Assembly: GCA_000708835.1 (NCBI GenBank)
Contig: DF237002.1
Coordinates: forward strand, 1 to 64,000
Origin: Klebsormidium nitens
Taxonomy: Eukaryota > Plantae > Klebsormidiophyceae
Direction of reading: 5' to 3'
Length of the DNA: 64,000 nt
Part shown: in pieces, positions 59,640 through 64,000 of the stretch
Layout: each line of letters opens with the position of its first letter
Numbering within the stretch: the stretch's first letter is position 1
Position numbers and translations under genes: made by a program
The notes under the pieces: model-generated
Told to the model about the DNA's origin: nothing
The model's database searches: none
The model's input: only the letters and a program-made list of their open reading frames with translations

Positions 59640-61500
59640 TTTCAAGTACTCTAAGATCACGCGTGTAAGACGGATAGTTTGCGTTGACAGGAGAAGCCGC
59701 CACTACGTCGAGAACAGTCTCAAATCTGTGATCGCAATCGTTCTTCGGTGATGAGATGGTCAGTTGCATTTGAAGAGCTCAACGCCGTGCGCACGAGATA
59801 CTTTTGCAGAATCTTCCTGATTTCGGAAGCACAATTCCCTTGAGAATCCAAACGATGCTAGGTTTGTCAGTTGCTGCAGACGAAAACTTGAGTTGTTTGA
59901 CTCCTGCAGGTTCCCCAAAAGTAGCTAGCATTCAACCAACTCTTTAGCGCACTGGTAGTAAACGAGTGGTTCGAGACACACCTTTCTGAAGGCTTTTGTA
60001 GGTTTCAGCTGCAGCTGTTGCTCTTGTTCGGGAAGAAGCATGTTCCCAGCAACTTCATCCACAAGCGATACAACTGTGTGGATTGCCATGCCATACTTTT
60101 TGGCGGAAAGCAGTCCCAGGAACTCAGCCACCGACTCTGACCTCTCGTCAGCCTGCCAGATTGGAACGGAAAGCTCCTCTTTAGCGCACGAAGAGTGGTA
60201 AATAGCCCAATCATTCCGATTCTGAATGGATGATAAGAACGTGCCCTTGCATGTCAGCCAGAGGGTCTGCATTGGGGACGGTTGCGTTCTGTAGTAAGCA
60301 ACGCAAGGCGCTCATTCTCAGTCAGAATGCATCCATCATAGACATCATAAACTGCCTTGAACCGCTTGAATGGAACATATCAACCGCGAAGCAGGGATCC
60401 TGAAAATCTCCAGCACGAAGCCACAGGGCACATCAACTTGGGAAGCTGTTATCATCCCCAAAGGTCCAAGTCAGATGGCCCTTCAAACTCACCATGTTGC
60501 ATGCGTCGAGTAAACACCTTTCAGCTCATAGTAGTGACCCCGCCAGATCAGGAGCTCGTGACCACAAAGCCGATGTTTGAATACATCCGACTGCTAGTGC
60601 CATTCTTCTTGTCAGCTCCGTTGAACAGCTTTAAAATAGTGACGTTCGAGTCAGAAGGCTTCTGTATTTGAATCAATCTGCGTCTTGATCTGGCACACAA
60701 TTTGTTCCCGGCGCAAGCTTATCGCTTCACAAGAATCGTTCTTCAGAGTTTACCTTCTTTGATGCCTGGCTCCGTCGCGCTACAGCGCCATTCACCTCTC
60801 TCTCAGAAGACTAAGAGTCTACTTGGCTAACATCGTTTGAAGACTTGCTCGGTCCAACTTCGAAGTCGGTTCTGACATTCCGACAGTCGACGGAGTATTG
60901 CTTCAGGGCCCTTAATGTCATAACGTCAATGATCTTTTTCAGGGCCTAAAACTATTTCCCGAGTTTTGGAGGCAAATCAGGGCAGACTCCTCGTCTTTCT
61001 GGGAATGAGATCATGCACAGTGAGACAGAGGGGAGCCAGACATGAGCTTCGGATCTACTGTAATCTTAGCTTCAACGTTGAAGCTTTGGAATTTGGGCAT
61101 GCCTTGCATAGTCCGAATACCCCACAAGTTTGACGCTGACATTCAAGACTCTTGACTGGTCACCATTGCTCGCTTAACTTTCGACTGGCAAGCTGAGCTA
61201 GCTGAGCTGCCAATAATTTGACGAGGTAAGCTGTTCAAGAAGCAGCCTCGAAGAATGGGAGACTCCAACTGAGCGAACACCACCGCCTTTAGACGCAGGG
61301 CCCGGGCATGCATGCACTTTGAGTTCGACCGGAGTGACTCATGCAGAGAGATAATGTCTTTAGAAGCAACAACAGGTCGCAAGGGGTCGTCAGAGCCTGT
61401 TTCAGCTTCATGCTAATTTCTGACAGTGTTTTCTCCTCCTGCGTGGGGCATACGTCTTGCAAAATCCTGATTAACGAGATCGAGAGCCACATCAACTTAT
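59640..61500 (-). pseudogene. Decayed coding-like sequence upstream of the MYND gene
   Basis: Protein-like stretches (e.g. LIRILQDVCPTQEEKTLSEISMKLKQAL; SEIRKILQKYLVRTAL) broken by stops and frame changes. No family was recognised. Confidence 0.25.
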
Positions 61501-61733
61501 GCGCAAAGCGTCATGCATATTCAGGGTGAGTCGGTCGTCGACGCTTTGAGTGTTTAACCTCAAAGTCCAACGTACGAAATTTCACAACCATTTGCAGGAG
61601 CTGGCACCGATCGAAGCATGAGGGAACACGTCATGATTTCTGTACGACGCGCACTACCTCCACGTATTGGCACGCACAAGCATGATTACTGCACATGCTG
61701 CACACCCATTGGGTGCTAAGGTTGGGGTCGATT

Positions 61734-61753
61734 GGGCCGGGCCGGGCCGGGCC
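61734..61753 (+). repeat. (GGGCC)4 tandem repeat
   Basis: GGGCCGGGCCGGGCCGGGCC, in a non-coding block. It could be a TE subterminal repeat or a site-II-like element. Confidence 0.7.
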
Positions 61754-62390
61754 GGAAATTGTTGAGAATTGGTTTTTGGCGACATCAATTGCAAAATAGG
61801 AAATTTGAGAATATACTACCGGTCCGCGCTGGCTTTGTGGAAGCTTAATCTAAGTCTTGTACTCAACGATGCCGCCGGCCACCATACCAGGGCGCGGGCC
61901 TCAATATGGATTTATCGTCACGCAAATGAAACATATCAGGATGAATCCAGGTGCCTTGTCAGGTGCAATTGACACATACCCTGTGGCCAGCCAACGGGCA
62001 CGAGCTGGCTACCTGGCCAATGTGGCCCACTTTCAATGCAATGTGTCGGCCTGGGAACCTCACCGTTTTGACCGCACAACGTGTAATACCCCCATCAGTA
62101 CTGCGCGCGACAACCGAAAATGCGATGCAACTTTGCACCCAGACAACTTTGAAGTGTGACGATGAAAGCGTCTGAACGATGGCAACTGGAATCTCTCAGA
62201 CTCCTTCCAGAGGCCGACTACTAACATAAAAGGCCTCTTCGGAAGAGCCGACTCGGCGCGGATGGCCATGTGAAAATGCCATGGCATGGCAGCCCTCGCT
62301 ACCGAACTTCAGACACATGCGGCAAGCGGGCTAAGCAGACTGAGTAGCAGGCTGTGTTGATAAAAGTCTTTGGCAGCATATCGCTTGTAA

Positions 62391-63815
62391 CTACGATGTG
62401 AGCAAGCTGTGAAGTTGCTTCTGCATTCTCTCTATACTTGTTCGTGGAGAGAACCGAGGGATGGCAACCTGCAACATATGATTGAGGCAGTTTCAAAATG
62501 GAAGGAGAAACACTTCTGACGAACCTCTCACCTACGCCACTCAGCTTCTTAGTGGGTATCAGTTCCAAACAGCAAAAGCTTCTCTCCTCAGGGGAAAGGG
62601 AAGAACGAGACTGAACGCAACCCCTTTGCCCGAGATCGTTTCTGATGGAGAAGAAACAAACGGGGAAGAAGAAGTGGACGGAGAGCAAACCGGGAGCGCT
62701 TCTTACGAATCTGGGTGTGGTCCGGACGACAACCTTTCAAAGAACTGAACGCATCTGGAACCAGAGCAATCCACACAACTGTCCAAGGTTCAGAAAGACG
62801 CGCTGTCTAACCTCGTCGTCGCTCCCTTCATTCGACCATGTCAGCACGGGGATCTCGTACTGGTATGCCTGCTCCCATTCCTTCTTGTCGAGTATATTTC
62901 GTATCTGTACAAACAAGAGAGGCGCTGGAGATTCTCAATTGCCGCTTGTCAGTTCTTGCTTATGCTTCAGACCTTCTTTTGAAAACTCACAGAGACTGTT
63001 AGGGTGTCGTTTCTTGCACAATCACAACTGAGATGACAGTCATACGTGCCCAGCGCAAAGCTGATAGCAGCAAATATTCCTCACAATGATGGCGGTCTAA
63101 CTTTCTCAGATTCCCCATCTATGAAACAATAAGGTTTGAAAGTTTGGAATCATCACCCGCAGCATCCAAAACAGTCCATACGTGATCTTTGATGAAGCTC
63201 GCCAAAGGGCAAAACACAGGTTTTGTGCCACATTGTGCTCACCTCTAGTTCCATCCCAGCGATGGAGTGCTCTCCTCCCATCATAAATGCCATGTCCAGC
63301 TTCTCTTTCAACCCATCACACAAGTGGCAACCTGGTTTGCTGTACAGTATGAGACGCTTTCCTGCAACAATTCCACCCGGCTGGCTAATCTCCTTCCCCG
63401 AAGCTCGACAAAGAGGCGCCCTTGAATGCAGACCTGATCGACCGTCACCACTCATTGATGGTTGAGGTGGTGCACTAGTAAGCTTCAAATGCTGACCAAA
63501 CGCACTGGCTTTTTGGAGTGGGGAGGATTGAATATGACTTGGCCACCGGCTTAGTGCCGTAGAAGGATGGCTGGCTACGTTCTTTTGAGGAAGGAGTTCT
63601 CTTTCCGATAATGAGCTGGACAATGCTGTGCTGGCTGAAGGCGCCCTGCCTTCAAAGCTCAAACCCCTTGCTGCAGTACATGAAGGACAAGTGAGTACAG
63701 CTGCAGGATTCTTTGCAATGATATTGAAACCTGTCAACGTTGCCAGCTCTTTGCTGCTTCTTCTAGAGCCCGAACAAAGCCTGACCGACTGCGACAGGAT
63801 GAAAGTACGCGACAT
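62391..63815 (-). CDS. Glutaredoxin-like (thioredoxin-fold, DUF836-type) protein with long organellar targeting peptide, 247 aa
   Basis: Exons 63815-63243, 62904-62812, 62468-62391. Motifs LILYSKPGCHLCDGLKEKL (CxxC), IRNILDKKEWEQAYQYEIPVL, IPRFSPRTSIERMQKQL. Confidence 0.92.
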
Positions 63816-64000
63816 GGCTGCCCTTTCAAACCAGCGGCGCTAGGCAGAAGAAGATGAGAAGACAAGAAGCAAGAATCAGCTTTCTGCTTCAAAGAGAATT
63901 CTCTTAGCGAGGCGCCTCGAAAACCACTTTCAAGAACTCTGTTCGAAACTGGTGCTGTGCGTCAGCTAGAGACAGCTTTGACACTGGTTAAACATTCATG

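Noticed and set aside
1-64000. tRNA, rRNA, snRNA genes and CRISPR arrays; also the many antisense and overlapping ORFs in the track
   Set aside because: No T-loop/anticodon, rRNA, snRNA or repeat-spacer signatures were seen. The antisense ORFs are shadows of GC-rich exons.

Overview
Gene-dense, intron-rich eukaryotic nuclear DNA from a green plant lineage. It is most consistent with a Klebsormidium-like streptophyte alga (inference from GC3-rich exons, plant-specific NPH3/PME/CENH3 genes and TTTTAGGG-like repeats). An assembly gap lies at 1383-2320. I hand-spliced exon chains with consistent phases for golgin-84/GC1 (-, 18 exons), a Pro-rich plastid membrane protein (-), a Gly-rich plastid membrane protein (+), CENH3 (-), a type-II DxD glycosyltransferase-like protein (+), a plastid NAD(P)-binding/CIA30 protein (+, 13 exons), a very long BTB-NPH3 protein (+), a coiled-coil protein that may be clathrin-light-chain-like (+), an ARM-like/MYND protein (-, 5' end unresolved) and a glutaredoxin-like protein (-). 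There is also a truncated pectin methylesterase-like ORF and a probable copia gag remnant. Most striking observations: (1) five of the ten spliced genes carry short (about 45-130 bp) tandem duplications straddling a splice site or start codon. The extra copy usually has a damaged signal, but in the NPH3 gene it may survive as an in-frame cassette exon. (2) A 208-nt pre-miRNA-like hairpin sits in an intron. (3) CENH3 has an RGG/GAR-rich tail. All gene models are by eye, with no RNA evidence or database searches.
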